Below, piece by piece: positions 48,674 through 59,848 of a DNA stretch of 64,000 bases. The DNA lies in assembly GCA_963845755.1 (NCBI GenBank), contig CAWJTV010000020.1, positions 722,742-786,741 of the forward strand, written 5' to 3'. A program made the translations under genes and the position numbers. Under the pieces are notes generated by a model. It was not told where the DNA came from and searched no databases. It worked only from the letters and a program-made list of their open reading frames with translations. Each line of letters begins with the position of its first letter. The stretch's first letter is position 1. Source of the stretch: an uncultured Planctomycetota bacterium (GTDB lineage: Bacteria > Planctomycetota > Planctomycetia > Isosphaerales > Isosphaeraceae).

Positions 48674-49434
48674 CGGACTGCCTTCGCGAGCTCCACCTGC
48701 CGACGATCCGGCAGGCGTACGAATCGGCGGCGGCACGAGCCCGTCAGGAGTTGACCAGTTACGAACGTTACCTCCTGGATCTGGCGGAGCGCGAGTGCGA
48801 GTCGCGGCGTTCCCACCGGGTCGAGCGGTTGTTGCGAGAATCGAGGCTGTTCATGGAAAAGAACCTGTCAAGCCTGGACCTGAAGCGACTGCCGTCCAAG
48901 GCGGCGCAGCAGGTCAGAACTCTGCTCGAAGGCGATTTTGTTGGACGAAATGACAATGTGCTCATATTCGGGAATCCCGGCAGTGGCAAGAGCCACGTGG
49001 CGTGCGCGATCGGGCAGGAACTGATCCGCTCGGGGCGGAAGGTGATGTTCGCGACGTGCGCCTTGATGGTTCAAGATCTGTTGGCCGCGAAGCGCGACCT
49101 GAAGCTGCGCGGTTTTCTCAAGAAGATTTCCCGATATGAGGTGCTGATCCTTGACGATATTGGATACGTACAATACAGCCGGGACGAGATGGAGGTGCTC
49201 TTCAACCTGCTGGCGGAACGGTACGAGCGCGGGAGCGTGATGCTGACGAGCAACCTGCCGTTTTCGGGATGGGAGGCGATCTTCAAGGATCCGATGACGA
49301 CCGCCGCCGCCATCGACCGGCTGGTGCACCATAGCGTGATCGTGGAGTTGAACGTTCCGAGCTACCGAGCCGAGCAGGCCAAGAAGTCGCGTCAAAAGCC
49401 GGTGGAACCGACAGACGCACGAGAGGAGGGATGA
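48658..49434 (+). CDS. istB: IS21 ATPase IstB
   Basis: GNPGSGKSH, LILDDIGY, TSNLPFSGW and AAIDRLVHH motifs. Confidence 0.95.
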   Translation: MHESLTDCLRELHLPTIRQAYESAAARARQELTSYERYLLDLAERECESRRSHRVERLLRESRLFMEKNLSSLDLKRLPSKAAQQVRTLLEGDFVGRNDNVLIFGNPGSGKSHVACAIGQELIRSGRKVMFATCALMVQDLLAAKRDLKLRGFLKKISRYEVLILDDIGYVQYSRDEMEVLFNLLAERYERGSVMLTSNLPFSGWEAIFKDPMTTAAAIDRLVHHSVIVELNVPSYRAEQAKKSRQKPVEPTDAREEG

Positions 49435-49604
49435 ACGAGCGCAGGAATGGTTGATCCCAGAGGCGAGAGGGATGGTCAATTGGCCAGAATCCCAGGGGCT
49501 TGTACACTATGGCCGAGTAGGGAATTCTAATTGTCGTTGACAGGGAAATCTAATTGTCGCTAATCACAAAGGCCCTCAGTCAAGGAGCCTTGCTCACCGC
49601 TGAA

Positions 49605-51344
49605 GGGTGGAAGACGCGGTTCGCGCGGCGTTCGATCCCTGGTAAGCTGTCAAGGTGAGTTTCCCAGATTGTCTATCACCCGAAGTCCAAGGAGGGACCT
49701 CCGATGCCTTTCCAGAAGTCACCATCGATGGATCGAGACGGCGTCGAGCGGCTCGCCGAAGGGTGGGGGAAAGTCGTGGCCCGGCGCGTCCACGATGAGG
49801 TCGGGCCCGAGTTGGATCTCGACGCCGACGACATCGAGCAGATGGCCATCACCGCCGCCCGCGCCGTCGCTCGGGGCACCATCGCCGATCTGCTGGAGCG
49901 GAAGGCCGCGCTGCTGGGGCCCGAGCAACCCTGCCCGACGTGTCAGCGGCCTTGCGCCGTACAGCGCGAGCCGCGGGCCATCGACTTCTGGGGCGGCGCG
50001 GTCACCTACGCCGAGCCCCAGTGCCACTGCCCGGCCTGCCGCCGGGATTTTTTTCCCTCAGCGCCCGGCGCGACGGCTGACGTCCCATGACTACAGCCCC
50101 TCGGTAGTCCGCAAGATCGTCCGTTCCGCCACCCGCGAGCCCTCCTTCCGCGAGGCAGCCGAGGCCGTCGCCGAATTGGCCGAGGTGGACATCAGCGGCC
50201 GGCAACTCGACCGCATCGCCCGCGAACTCGGCGAGCAGTTGCGGTCCCAGCGGGATGAGCAGGTGGACCGCTTCCAGGCCGGCACGCTCGAGCCGCGCGT
50301 CGCGACACGGCCAGCCCTGGCGGTCGTCGAGGTCGATGGCGGCCGGCTCCAGATCCGCGGCGCGGGCCAGGGGCCGGGAGCCCACCAGGCCGCCTGGCAC
50401 GAGGACAAGATCGCGATCCTGGCGACGATGGCCCCTGTCGTCTCCGAGTGCGACCCCGAGCCGGAATTGCCCGCCTGTTTCCGCGATCGGGCCTACGTCG
50501 AGAAGGTCATCGGGGCCATCGGCGGGACCGGACCGATGGGCCCGCCGGCCCCCGAGATCCAGGAGCCCGCCGTGCTGCCGATCCCGGCCGTCGCCGAGGC
50601 CGCCGAGCCGCGCGGTACGCCGGAGCTATCGGTGCGCACCTACGTGGCCACGACCGCCCCGGTCGATCGCTTCGGGCCGATGGTCGCCGCCGAGGCCCGA
50701 CGGCGGAACTTCGCCGCGGCCGCCGCCCGGGCGTTCTTGGGGGACGGCTCGGCCTGGATCTGGGGGCTGCACCGCCGCTCTTTCCCGACCTTCGTGGCGA
50801 TCGTCGACTTCCTCCACGCCCTGGCCCACCTCTTCACGGCGGCCCGGGTCATGGTCGCCGACACCGAGGGCCGCTGGGAGTCATTCCAGGCCTGGGCGGA
50901 GGCCTGCTGGAACGGGCGGGTCGATCGGGTGATCGCGGAGCTTCGCACCTGGTGTGATACCCAGATCGCCTTGTGCGGGTGCCCGCTGGAAAGGCTAGCC
51001 GACGACGACCCCCGGAGGATCGTCGCGCGGGTGCTGGGCTACCTGGAAGACAACCGGGAGCGGATGGACTATCCGCGCTATCGTCGCGAGGGCCTCCCGT
51101 GGACGACCAGCCACGTGGAGTTGACGGTGAAGATATTCAACCGCCGGGTGAAGGGGTCGGAGAAGTTCTGGAGCGAGGCCGGTGCCGAAGCGATCCTCCA
51201 ACTCCGTGCGGCCTTCCTTTCCGAAGATGGCCGCCTGGACCGCCACCTCAAGGAGCGGCCCAGCAGCCCGTTCCGCAGCTACAAAGCCAGGAAGACTGGG
51301 GAAGCCGCGTAACTCGTCAGAAAAACGAACCGCGTCTTCCACCC
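49605..51344 (+). mobile_element. ISKra4-family element
   Basis: 19-bp perfect IR GGGTGGAAGACGCGGTTCG; 9-bp direct repeat ACCGCTGAA (49596-49604 and 51345-51353). Confidence 0.9.
49704..51312 (+). CDS. ISKra4 transposase (frameshift at TTTTTTCCC near 50050)
   Basis: CPTC..CPAC, EVDGG, LGDGSAWIW, VDFLHA and RMDYPRYRREGLP motifs. Confidence 0.88.
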
Positions 51345-51849
51345 ACCGCTGAAGACCTCGCCTATCGCGTCTTCTTCGTCACACCGCGAACCATCTCGCG
51401 CGACCTGATCGCGGTCCGCCAGGCCCACCCCGATGTCCTGATCCCGATGCGCAGTACGCTCCACGACCTCGGACCGGTCCTCACCCATCGCACTCAAATC
51501 GTCCGCCTTGCACTCCAAGGCAAGACCACGTCGCAGATCTGCCAGATCATGCACCACTCTCCCGAAGCGGTCGCCAACTACCTGTCCACCTTCGCGCGCT
51601 GCGCTCAACTCGCCCACAAGGAGATGCAAGCCGGGCAGATCGCCTTCCTCCTCCGCCGCGGGGTCTCCCTCGTCAACGCCTATCTCCAGATCCTGGAGGA
51701 ATGCCGGCGCGATCGCAACATGGCCTATCATCTGGACGAGCTCCTCAGGATCGGCTCCTGCGGCGGCGGAAAAAAGGGGAGATGAGTCGGAAAAAAAAAA
51801 AAAAAAAAAAAAAAACACAGAAAAAAAATCACTCGTGGGAGGTCCGCCC

Positions 51850-52623
51850 ATGAGTAGCAAACCTGACTTCATCCGCAAGAAATACGGCCCCCTCCGCGAG
51901 AAGACCTTGCGGAACGCACTCGCCCACCGGATCGTCAAGGAGTTCCCGCGAATTGGAGGAAACCGCATCTGTCAATTGTGCGCAGATATGATACTTGAAG
52001 TTGTCTTCAAACATATGCGCCCCAAAGACCACCTCGTTCACGGCCAGGCGCTCTGGATGGCCGTCAGCCTCAACGACCCGCCCGGTCGTCGCCAACGCAT
52101 CGCGGACGTCAACCTGATCCCCGTCCTCCTCGAGATCTCCACCGCCGAGGACGCGCAACGGCGCATCGATCGCCTCCCCGCTCCTCAACGCTTGTTGTGC
52201 AAGGCCGTCCGCCTCTGCGAGCAGGCCTACAAACAGGGGGGATTGCTCTCCAACTGCGACCTCGCCGAGCTGCTCGGCGTCGACGACAGTCGGATCGCTC
52301 ATGTGCTGGCCGAGCATGAGCGCCTCACCAGCACCGTCATCCCACGACGCGCCACACTCCACGATGTCGGAACAGGATTGACTCATAAGCGGATTATTTG
52401 CTGGAAGCGATACGCCGAAGGCAAGGAGCCGCATGTCGTCGCTCGCGAGACCTACCACAGCCTTGAGGCGGTCGACCGTTACCTCGGCCAGTACGATCGC
52501 GTCCGTCATTGCCGTCTGGAGGGGCTCACGCCCGAGCAGACCGCTCACGCCTTGGGGTGCGGCCTGCCTCTGGTGAAGGAGTACCTCGCCATCGACGACC
52601 TGCTGGAGACGCGTCGCACTTGA
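51850..52623 (+). CDS. DUF1670 protein B
   Basis: CEQAYKQGGLLSNCDLA, PRRATLHDVGTGLTHK and HSLEAVDRY motifs; paralogous to protein A. Confidence 0.85.
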   Translation: MSSKPDFIRKKYGPLREKTLRNALAHRIVKEFPRIGGNRICQLCADMILEVVFKHMRPKDHLVHGQALWMAVSLNDPPGRRQRIADVNLIPVLLEISTAEDAQRRIDRLPAPQRLLCKAVRLCEQAYKQGGLLSNCDLAELLGVDDSRIAHVLAEHERLTSTVIPRRATLHDVGTGLTHKRIICWKRYAEGKEPHVVARETYHSLEAVDRYLGQYDRVRHCRLEGLTPEQTAHALGCGLPLVKEYLAIDDLLETRRT

Positions 52624-52917
52624 CACGAGGGCTCCTCTCCCGCCGATAATCGCGGTTGGCAGGCGAGAGGATAGGGCTCTGCTGAGGAGCAACCCGAGCG
52701 CTCGTCCTGCTGCCGAAACATGGCTGGGGGCCTCCCTGATCCGGAGGCCCCCGCTGTGTCGCTCCCTTGCCATGTTTTGGCTCCAATGCGTTAAACCTTC
52801 GTGATTGGGGCGTAGCCCCAACCACGATTCTTTTGTTCAGATCAAGCCGCGCGGTCAGACATATGTCCGGATCAATCAGGGCGGGAAGGATGGCCTTCGG
52901 GTCGGGCTGGATCATCC

Positions 52918-54314
52918 GAGACGACAATCCTCAATTGAGACACCAACAGCTTGATGCCGGCTAGAATTACCCGGATTCGCTAGCTTCGCAACCACCAGGG
53001 AGGCTCTCGCCATGCCGGGCAAGACGGCCAAGGTCACCATCACCGAACGTCAACACGATCTCCTGGAGACGATCACAAGGCCCCCACCGCCTCGTCTCAA
53101 CTCCGCCAGCGTGCGGCCATCATCCTCTGGGCCTTCCAGAAGCGGGACAACGCGGAGATCGCCGCCGCAGTCGGGCTGTCGCGGCGGCAGGTCAGCACCT
53201 GGCGACGACGTTGGGCCGATGCCTGGGAGCGGCTCATCCGCATCGAGTGCACCCAGACCCACGCCGCGTTGCGCTGGGCCGTCGAGCAGGTCCTCCGCGA
53301 TGAGCCCCGCGCCGGCTCCTCCGGCAAGTCACTCCCGAGCAGGTCGTGGCGATCCTGGCACTGGCCTGCGAGCCCCGGAGAAGTCCGGCCGGCCGATCAC
53401 TCACTGGACGGCCAAGGAGTTGGCCGACGAGGCCATCAAGCGCGGCATCGTGCCCTCGATCTCGGTCACTCAAGTGGGTCGCTATCTCCGCGAGGCCGCC
53501 TTGCAGCCGCACAAGAAGCGGTATTGGCTCACACCGCGAGAAAGATCCGGTGGTCTTTGCGGGGCGGGTCCAGGCGGTCTGTGACACCTACCAGGAGGTG
53601 CCGGCCCTGGCGAGGGACCAGGGGACGCACACCGTCAGCACCGATGAGATGACCGGGTTGCAAGCGCTGCAGCGGAGTGCCCCCGATCAGCCGATGACCT
53701 ACGGGAGGCCCGAGCGGATCGAGGCCGAATATACGCGGCATGGGACGCTGACTCTGATCGGCAACTTCGACGTGACGACCGGCGAGTTGATCACCCCCAC
53801 GATCGGCCCGACGCGGACGGAGTTGGATTTCGTCGAACACATCGCGCACACGGTGGCGACCGACCCGGAGGCGGGTGGATCTTCGTGGTGGATAATTTGA
53901 ACATCCATGGCTCGGAGATGCTGGTGCGGTTGGTGGCCAAGGCGTGCGGGATCGCGGAGCCGTTGGGGAGGAAGAACGTGCGCGGGATCCTCAAGTCGGT
54001 GGCCAGCCGGCAAGCGTTCCTGTCGGAGAAGGGCCACCGGATCCGGTTCGTGTACACGCCGAAGCACAGTTCGTGGCTGAACCAGATCGAGACGGTCTTC
54101 GGAGTAATCATGAGGAAGGTGTTCGGCGCGGCTCGTTCAGTTCGGTGGACGACCTGCAGAGCAAGCTGTGGAACTTCATCGCGTATTTCAATCGGGTGTT
54201 TGCCAAGCCGTTCCACTGGACCTACACCGGTCGCCCGCTGCGGGTGAAGGTGGCGTGAAAAGAGGCAAACGAAAGGATGGAGAAGCCACTGTCATGCATC
54301 AAGAGGAGTCGCTA
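52918..54314 (+). mobile_element. IS630-family element
   Basis: Right end GCATCAAGAGGAGTCGCTAG; the left end is a garbled copy; inserted in the HEAT gene at CTAG. Confidence 0.8.
53012..54258 (+). CDS. IS630 transposase (several indels)
   Basis: STDEMTG, EYTRHGT, DNLNIH and YTPKHSSWLNQIE motifs. Confidence 0.88.
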
Positions 54315-55518
54315 GTGCCATGGCCGCCGCGTGGCGGGCGCCAGGATCGGGGTCGGCCAGGGCCCCGGTCAGGGCGGCGCGGACCTCGTCGGCCCGGGGA
54401 TGGTCGGGCTTCCCGAGGATGAAGGGCGTCGCCCTCGCCGCCCGGGCGCGGACGCGGGGGTCGCCGTCGCTGAGGGCGCCGAGGAGCGAGGGGATCGCCG
54501 ACTCGGCCTCGCGCCCCATCGCCGCGAGCTTCCCCACCGCCTCGATCCGTTCGGCCGGGTCGAGCGCGTGGAGCCGCCTCGCTTGCGCCGAGGCCGGGTT
54601 GTAGACCTCTTGTCGATACCGCAACACCGCGAAGAGGCCGGCGAAGGCCGCGACCAGGCCGAGCAGGTGCCGCATCCGAAGCCGGAGTCTGGGTCGTTGC
54701 ATGGTCGCTCCCGGTCGAATCCGAGGAATACCGGAGGGGACGCCAGTGCGATTCTATGACAAGTGTCGATGGCCGAGCAAGCCCGCTCAGAAAAGAGTGG
54801 GAAATCCCTCGGCGCGGAAGTGCTCGTCGTTGGCATGGTCATGGAGCGGGCGCTGCGGCACGGGGGTCATAAAGTTTACAGAAATTGGAAGGCAAACCCG
54901 ATTTTTCGCGGTAAAGGCCACAGCCGTCATCTAAACAACCGTTTGTATTACTGCCGGTCCGACGTGTCGGTGGCAAGTCGCTGGCGGCGTCTTACAAGAT
55001 CAGCGAGGAGCAGCAGCGGAGGGGGACAAAGGGATGGGGGTGTAAAGCCAGATTCATATTCGAGAGGTTACACTCTAACCAAGACAGCCTACTTTTCGAC
55101 GTACGGGCGTCGGCACTTCCGGAATGAGCGAGGAAGGAGCCATCGGGGATCTCGGTGGGTCGCACTCGACCGGGAGCCAGGGATAGCGGGCGGCATGCTC
55201 GTACATGGGCTTCATCCCTTCGTGCCATTCAAGCGGACGCCAGGTCAGGTCTTCGTTCGCAATCGGCTTCATCCGGCTGGCAAGCTTCGGGTCGAACCCG
55301 TTGAGCATGACGACCGCTCAGTTGCCGGCGCAATGGCGCCGGTAAGAGGGCATACCCTTCGGGTTGCGTGTCAAGCACTTTCACCTCGATGCGATGCAGT
55401 AGGATGGTGAATGCGTGCATAGACCCGGTATTGTACCGTTTCAGCATTGAGATTTTCGCGTGTTGGCGGGGTTCGGGTAACGCGATCAAGCCGCTTGTTG
55501 GCTCGTCCTTGAGTCTAA

Positions 55519-55591
55519 TGGGCGGCGCGGGATTCGAACCTGCGACTTCCACCGTGTGAGGATGGCACTCTAACCGCTGAGTTAGCCGCCC
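55519..55591 (-). tRNA. tRNA-Val(CAC)
   Basis: GGGCGGCTAACTCAGCGGTTAGAGTGCCATCCT-CAC-ACGGTGGAAGTCGCAGGTTCGAATCCCGCGCCGCCCA cloverleaf; CCA not encoded. Confidence 0.95.
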
Positions 55592-55881
55592 GTCAGACCG
55601 GTTGGATACGATCCGACCGGTACCGATCCTTAAAAATAGCGGTTGTCCGCCTCGACGGCAAGAGATCGCATTTCGGCCACGGACCTGTCGGCCTCGAAGT
55701 AGCTGGTGATGGGTTGCCCAATCGCGGGATACTGGTTCCCGATCGTGGCACGGATCCGGTGAAGATCGCCGCGCGCGAATCTCACCCTACTTGTGCGCCG
55801 CGTGCAACAAGCGGTAAATTGGCGGTTTGCGTCTGTTTCCATCGTCAGCGTCGCGAAGGTCCAAGAGGGTAGGTCGCGCCG

Positions 55882-57195
55882 ATGTCTGAGTTCTTCCCCG
55901 ATGTGCCCAAGATCCCGTTCGGTGGGCCCAAGTCGCGGAATCCCCTGGAATTCAAACATTATAATCCCGACGAGGTCATCGACGGGAAGACGATGAAGGA
56001 ACACCTCCGCTTCTCGGTGGTGTACTGGCATACCTTCTGCAACCCGCTCGCCGACCCGTTCGGCGTTGGCACTGCACTACGGCCGTGGGATGACGGCAGT
56101 AACTCGGTCGCCAACGCCCAGCGCAAAGCCAAGGTGGCTTTCGAGTTCTTCGAGAAACTCGGCGTACCCTTTTACGCGTTCCACGATCGCGACGTCGCGC
56201 CGGAAGGACGGAACCTCAAGGAAAGCCACGCCAATCTCGACGAGGTCGTCAAGGTCCTCAAGGATGAGCAGGCCCGTACAGGCGTCAGGCTTCTGTGGGG
56301 AACGGCCAATCTGTTCACAAACCCCCGATACATGCACGGCGCGGCGACCAGCCCGAACTTCGACGTGTTTGCCTTCGCGGGCGCCCAGGTCAAAAAGGCA
56401 ATGGAAGTGACCCACGAACTCGGCGGTGCGGGGTACACCTTCTGGGGAGGTCGGGAGGGCTACTCGACCTTGCTCAACACCGACATGAAGCGCGAGCTCG
56501 ACCACCTCGGCTGCTTCCTCCACATGGCCGTCAATCACAAGAAACAGATCGGCTTCAACGGCACGTTCTACATCGAGCCGAAGCCCAAGGAGCCGACCAA
56601 GCATCAATACGACTCCGACGCCGCAGCCTGCTTGAATTTCCTCAGGACCTACGACCTGCTTCCCCACTTCAAGCTGAACCTCGAGACGAACCACGCGACT
56701 CTTGCCGGACATGAGATGATGCACGAGCTGGAGGTCGCCATCGGTGCCGGCGCGCTGGGCTCGATCGACGCGAATACCGGCGATTATCTCCTGGGCTGGG
56801 ATACCGACCAGTTCCCCACAAGCATCTACCTCACCACCCAATGCATGTTCTGCATCCTCGGTATGGGGGGCTTTACCACCGGCGGAGTGAACTTCGACGC
56901 CAAGGTCCGGCGCGAGAGCTTCGAGCCGATCGATCTGTTCCATGCCCACATCGGCGGCATGGACGCCTTCGCCCGCGGGCTCAAGACCGCGCGCGCGATC
57001 ATCGCCGATGGACGCCTCTCCGGATTCCTCAAGGAACGTTACCGGAGCTGGGATTGCGAGCTGGGCCGCCGAGTCGAGGCCGGCCAGGCCAACTTCAGCG
57101 ACCTCGACGCCTACATCCTCCCCAAGGGCGACTCCGCCAAGAACCTCAGCGGCCGGCAGGAAATGCTTGAGAACCTGATCAACGAGTTCATCTGA
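55882..57195 (+). CDS. xylA: xylose isomerase
   Basis: [26 protein letters not shown] and GWDTDQF motifs. Confidence 0.97.
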   Translation: MSEFFPDVPKIPFGGPKSRNPLEFKHYNPDEVIDGKTMKEHLRFSVVYWHTFCNPLADPFGVGTALRPWDDGSNSVANAQRKAKVAFEFFEKLGVPFYAFHDRDVAPEGRNLKESHANLDEVVKVLKDEQARTGVRLLWGTANLFTNPRYMHGAATSPNFDVFAFAGAQVKKAMEVTHELGGAGYTFWGGREGYSTLLNTDMKRELDHLGCFLHMAVNHKKQIGFNGTFYIEPKPKEPTKHQYDSDAAACLNFLRTYDLLPHFKLNLETNHATLAGHEMMHELEVAIGAGALGSIDANTGDYLLGWDTDQFPTSIYLTTQCMFCILGMGGFTTGGVNFDAKVRRESFEPIDLFHAHIGGMDAFARGLKTARAIIADGRLSGFLKERYRSWDCELGRRVEAGQANFSDLDAYILPKGDSAKNLSGRQEMLENLINEFI

Positions 57196-57471
57196 GGGGC
57201 GCGTGGCGAGAAGTCGCGTGGCGGTCGTGATCCTCGGTCGCGCCACCCCGGCCAGAGCGGTTCCCGAGCCGGCTTCATAGAATAACCAATGAATGTGGAT
57301 ATTTTAATATCTTATTTATTATATTGACGTCGATGAATCGAGAGTTTGGCTGCCACACCTGTTCTTCCACCTGTTATCGGGTGGACGGCTCCCGAGCGCT
57401 TCACGCTCGGCGCGCGCGATAAACGAGCGCCGTGGTGTGCGCACCTCATACCCGAAGCGCTCAAATTCCAT

Positions 57472-58008
57472 CTATGCCTGAGCAGCACTTTCCAGGGCGG
57501 CGAAGATCCCCTGCATGAAAGCGGGGAGGTCATCCGGCGTGCGGCTGGTGACCAGGTTCCCATCCCGGACGCACGCCGCATCCTGCCAGACTCCGCCCGC
57601 GTTCTCGACGTCGTCGCGGATCGCGAAGAAGCCCGTCACTTTGCGCCCCTCGAGGCATTTCGCCGAGCAGAGCATCCACGGTCCGTGACAGATCGCCGCG
57701 AGCACTTTGCCCTGCCGCGCCGCCTGGGTGACCAGGTCAACCATCGCCGGATGCCGCCGCATGTGATCCGGCGAGTATCCGCCGGGGATGACGATCGCGT
57801 CGAAATCCGACGCCTTGACCTCGCTGGCGGCCACTTCCGCCTTGGCGGGGTACCCGTGCTTCGACGAATACGTCTCACCGGCTTTCGGGCCCACGATCTT
57901 GACGTCACATCCGGCCTCGCGAAGCCGGAGCACCGGATACCACAACTCCAGGTCCTCGTAGAACTTTTCGACGAGAACGGCGACTCGCTTGCCTTTCGCG
58001 CTACTCAT
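57472..58008 (-). CDS. PfpI/DJ-1 family type 1 glutamine amidotransferase-like protein
   Basis: YEDLE, IPGG, AAICHGP and TSRTPDDL motifs. Confidence 0.93.
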   Translation of the reverse strand: MSSAKGKRVAVLVEKFYEDLELWYPVLRLREAGCDVKIVGPKAGETYSSKHGYPAKAEVAASEVKASDFDAIVIPGGYSPDHMRRHPAMVDLVTQAARQGKVLAAICHGPWMLCSAKCLEGRKVTGFFAIRDDVENAGGVWQDAACVRDGNLVTSRTPDDLPAFMQGIFAALESAAQA

Positions 58009-59066
58009 GGAAGATCCTCCAAGGATGAAATCGGCTGAGACGCAGTCTTGTGTGGTTTCAGCACGCCACTGGGCTGATGCTCGGCCATGGCGCGCTCGAT
58101 CCCTTGCTCGAAGGTGAACGGAGGCTGATATCCGAGCACCCGGCGCACCTTTTCAATCGAGAAATCGAGGTTTAGACCGAGAAACTTGTAGCGGGCCTTG
58201 TTGATCAACGGAGGATTCTCCGCACCGCGCAGCTTCGCGACACTTTCCACGAGATTGGCGAGAAACCTGGCCAGTCGCAGTGGGATGCGTCGCGTCGGGG
58301 GCCGGAGACCTGCCAGCTCGGCAACTCGGCCGACGAACTGTCTCTTGGTCACGCGCTGGCCATCGGTGAGGTTGAAGACCTCCCCGACGGCGCCGGGTTT
58401 CTCGGCGGCCAGGAAGATCCCGTCGACCAGGTTCTTTACGTAGATACAGTTCAGCACCTGGTCACCCGAGCCGAAATAGGCGAACGTGCCGCGACGGAGG
58501 TTGAGCAGCAGTTTGGGGAGCACGGTGCGATCGCGCTCGCCATAGATGAAGCCCGGACGAACCACCGCGGCCGGGAGTCGGCGACGGCGATGATAGTCCA
58601 GCACGAGGGCCTCGCCCTCCGTCTTCGATCGCGTGTAGGCGTCCAGCGAATTCGACGCTGGTGGGACGGTCTCGTCCGTTCCGTGATGGTCGCGACCTTC
58701 GTAGACACCCAGCGAGCTGACGTGAATGAACCGTTCGACGCCCACGTCGCAGCAGGCCTCGAGAAGGAGGCGGAGCGCCTCGACGTTAAGCCGCCGAAAC
58801 TCGTCGAGACGGCCCCAGTCCCCGACCTTGGCGGCACAGTTGATGACCCAGTCCGCTCCGGCGACACCGGCCCGCAGGGCATTGGGGTCTTGCAGGTCGC
58901 CGATGATCCGTTCCACACCGCAAGCGTCGAGACAGCGGGTGTCGCTGGTCGGACGGACCAGTGCCCGCACGCGGTGGCCGCGTTTCAGGGCCTCTTCGGC
59001 AACATGACTGCCGACCAGGCCGGTCGCCCCGGTGATAAAGATGGTCTTCGGAATCTCAGTACTCAT
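58005..59066 (-). CDS. NAD-dependent epimerase/dehydratase (3-beta-HSD-like)
   Basis: ITGATGLVG, YTRSK and VRPGFIYG motifs. Confidence 0.9.
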   Translation of the reverse strand: MSTEIPKTIFITGATGLVGSHVAEEALKRGHRVRALVRPTSDTRCLDACGVERIIGDLQDPNALRAGVAGADWVINCAAKVGDWGRLDEFRRLNVEALRLLLEACCDVGVERFIHVSSLGVYEGRDHHGTDETVPPASNSLDAYTRSKTEGEALVLDYHRRRRLPAAVVRPGFIYGERDRTVLPKLLLNLRRGTFAYFGSGDQVLNCIYVKNLVDGIFLAAEKPGAVGEVFNLTDGQRVTKRQFVGRVAELAGLRPPTRRIPLRLARFLANLVESVAKLRGAENPPLINKARYKFLGLNLDFSIEKVRRVLGYQPPFTFEQGIERAMAEHQPSGVLKPHKTASQPISSLEDLP

Positions 59067-59461
59067 ATCACCCATGAACCCTTCGGAAAGATCGTCGGAC
59101 CCGAGGAACGGCGCCCATGGTAACCGACGGAAGCCCTTCGGGAAAATCGGGTGGATGCAAACGGACCCGTCCAGCCGACTGTCGAGAGATCCTTCGGGGA
59201 GTCCTCCAGATACGATCGGGACGCTGGAACTGACTGCCATCAGAAGCAGTTAGGGGTGGCTTTCGGGACGCTCGCCGGTGTAGTCTGGATCCCTTGGTGG
59301 CGAGGGTAAGTCGCGGGACAAGGCCGCACCATGGGGACGTAGTCCCGTAGGAACAGGGTGTTCGGATTGACCCCAGCCCGCGGAGGGTCTAGGATTCCTG
59401 GCCCCGACCCTCCTCGGATCCCGGAGAACCGGCAGAAAGGGAAAGGGAAAGGTTAGTTGTC

Positions 59462-59848
59462 ATGGCGAGCGCTCTCAAGAGTGACGAACTGGTGTCCTAT
59501 CGCCGAGTCCTTCAGACTCTCCGATCGCGACTCCGAGGAGACCTGGACCAGATGACCGATGAAGCCCTGGGTCGGGACCTCGCCGGCGGTACGGGCAATC
59601 TGTCGAACGTGCCATTGCACATGGCCGATCTGGGGACCGACAATTATGATCAGGAGTTCACTCTGGGCCTGATCGAGAACGAACAAGGCACGCTGGAGCT
59701 GGTTAACGAGGCGCTGGATCGTATGGAGCGAGGGACCTTTGGCCAATGCGTGGAATGCAACGAGGCGATCACGAAGCCTCGGCTCCAGGCGATCCCTTAC
59801 GCGCGGCACTGTATCCGCTGTGCACGGAAGCTGGAGGGCGGCGAATGA
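59462..59848 (+). CDS. TraR/DksA family regulator
   Basis: HMADLGTD; CVEC...RL.AIPYA..CIRC. Confidence 0.92.
   Translation: MASALKSDELVSYRRVLQTLRSRLRGDLDQMTDEALGRDLAGGTGNLSNVPLHMADLGTDNYDQEFTLGLIENEQGTLELVNEALDRMERGTFGQCVECNEAITKPRLQAIPYARHCIRCARKLEGGE

Larger units (their letters stand above)
47056..49566 (+). mobile_element. IS21-family element
   Basis: IR TGATTAGCGACAATTAGAATTCCC with internal repeat copies at both ends; AGGCC flanks (47051-47055 and 49570-49574). Confidence 0.92.
46690..51785 (+). pseudogene. DUF1670 protein A, split by IS21 and ISKra4
   Basis: ..ARILDLCQQA | LSQGALLTAE | DLAYRVFFVTPRTISRD..TLHDLGPVLTH. Confidence 0.8.
46627..52871 (+). mobile_element. DUF1670 two-gene mobile element (carries nested IS21 and ISKra4)
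   Basis: 20-bp IRs TCTAGACATATGTCTGACCG (46632-46651) / CGGTCAGACATATGTCCGGA (52852-52871); removal restores the HEAT frame LPALIEAAG. Confidence 0.8.
45733..54702 (-). pseudogene. HEAT-repeat protein broken into three pieces by mobile elements
   Basis: 54702-54313 (..RHAAAMAL), 52917-52872 (MIQPDPKAILPALI) and 46626-45733 (EAAGDADTEVR..) give a continuous HEAT-repeat sequence. Confidence 0.85.

Noticed and set aside
51775..51828. 25-nt poly-A run between the DUF1670 genes, resembling a retro-insertion tail
   Set aside because: It sits at a native A-tract (GGAAAAAAAATCACTC) and looks like homopolymer base-calling noise; raw reads would be needed.
52918..52958. Possible extra element end (..CAATCCTCAATTGAG..)
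   Set aside because: It is better explained as a garbled left IR of the adjacent IS630 (expected CTAGCGACTCCTCTTGATGC).
57280..57330. Short AT-rich patch between xylA and the PfpI gene
   Set aside because: No clear terminator, repeat or operator structure could be supported.
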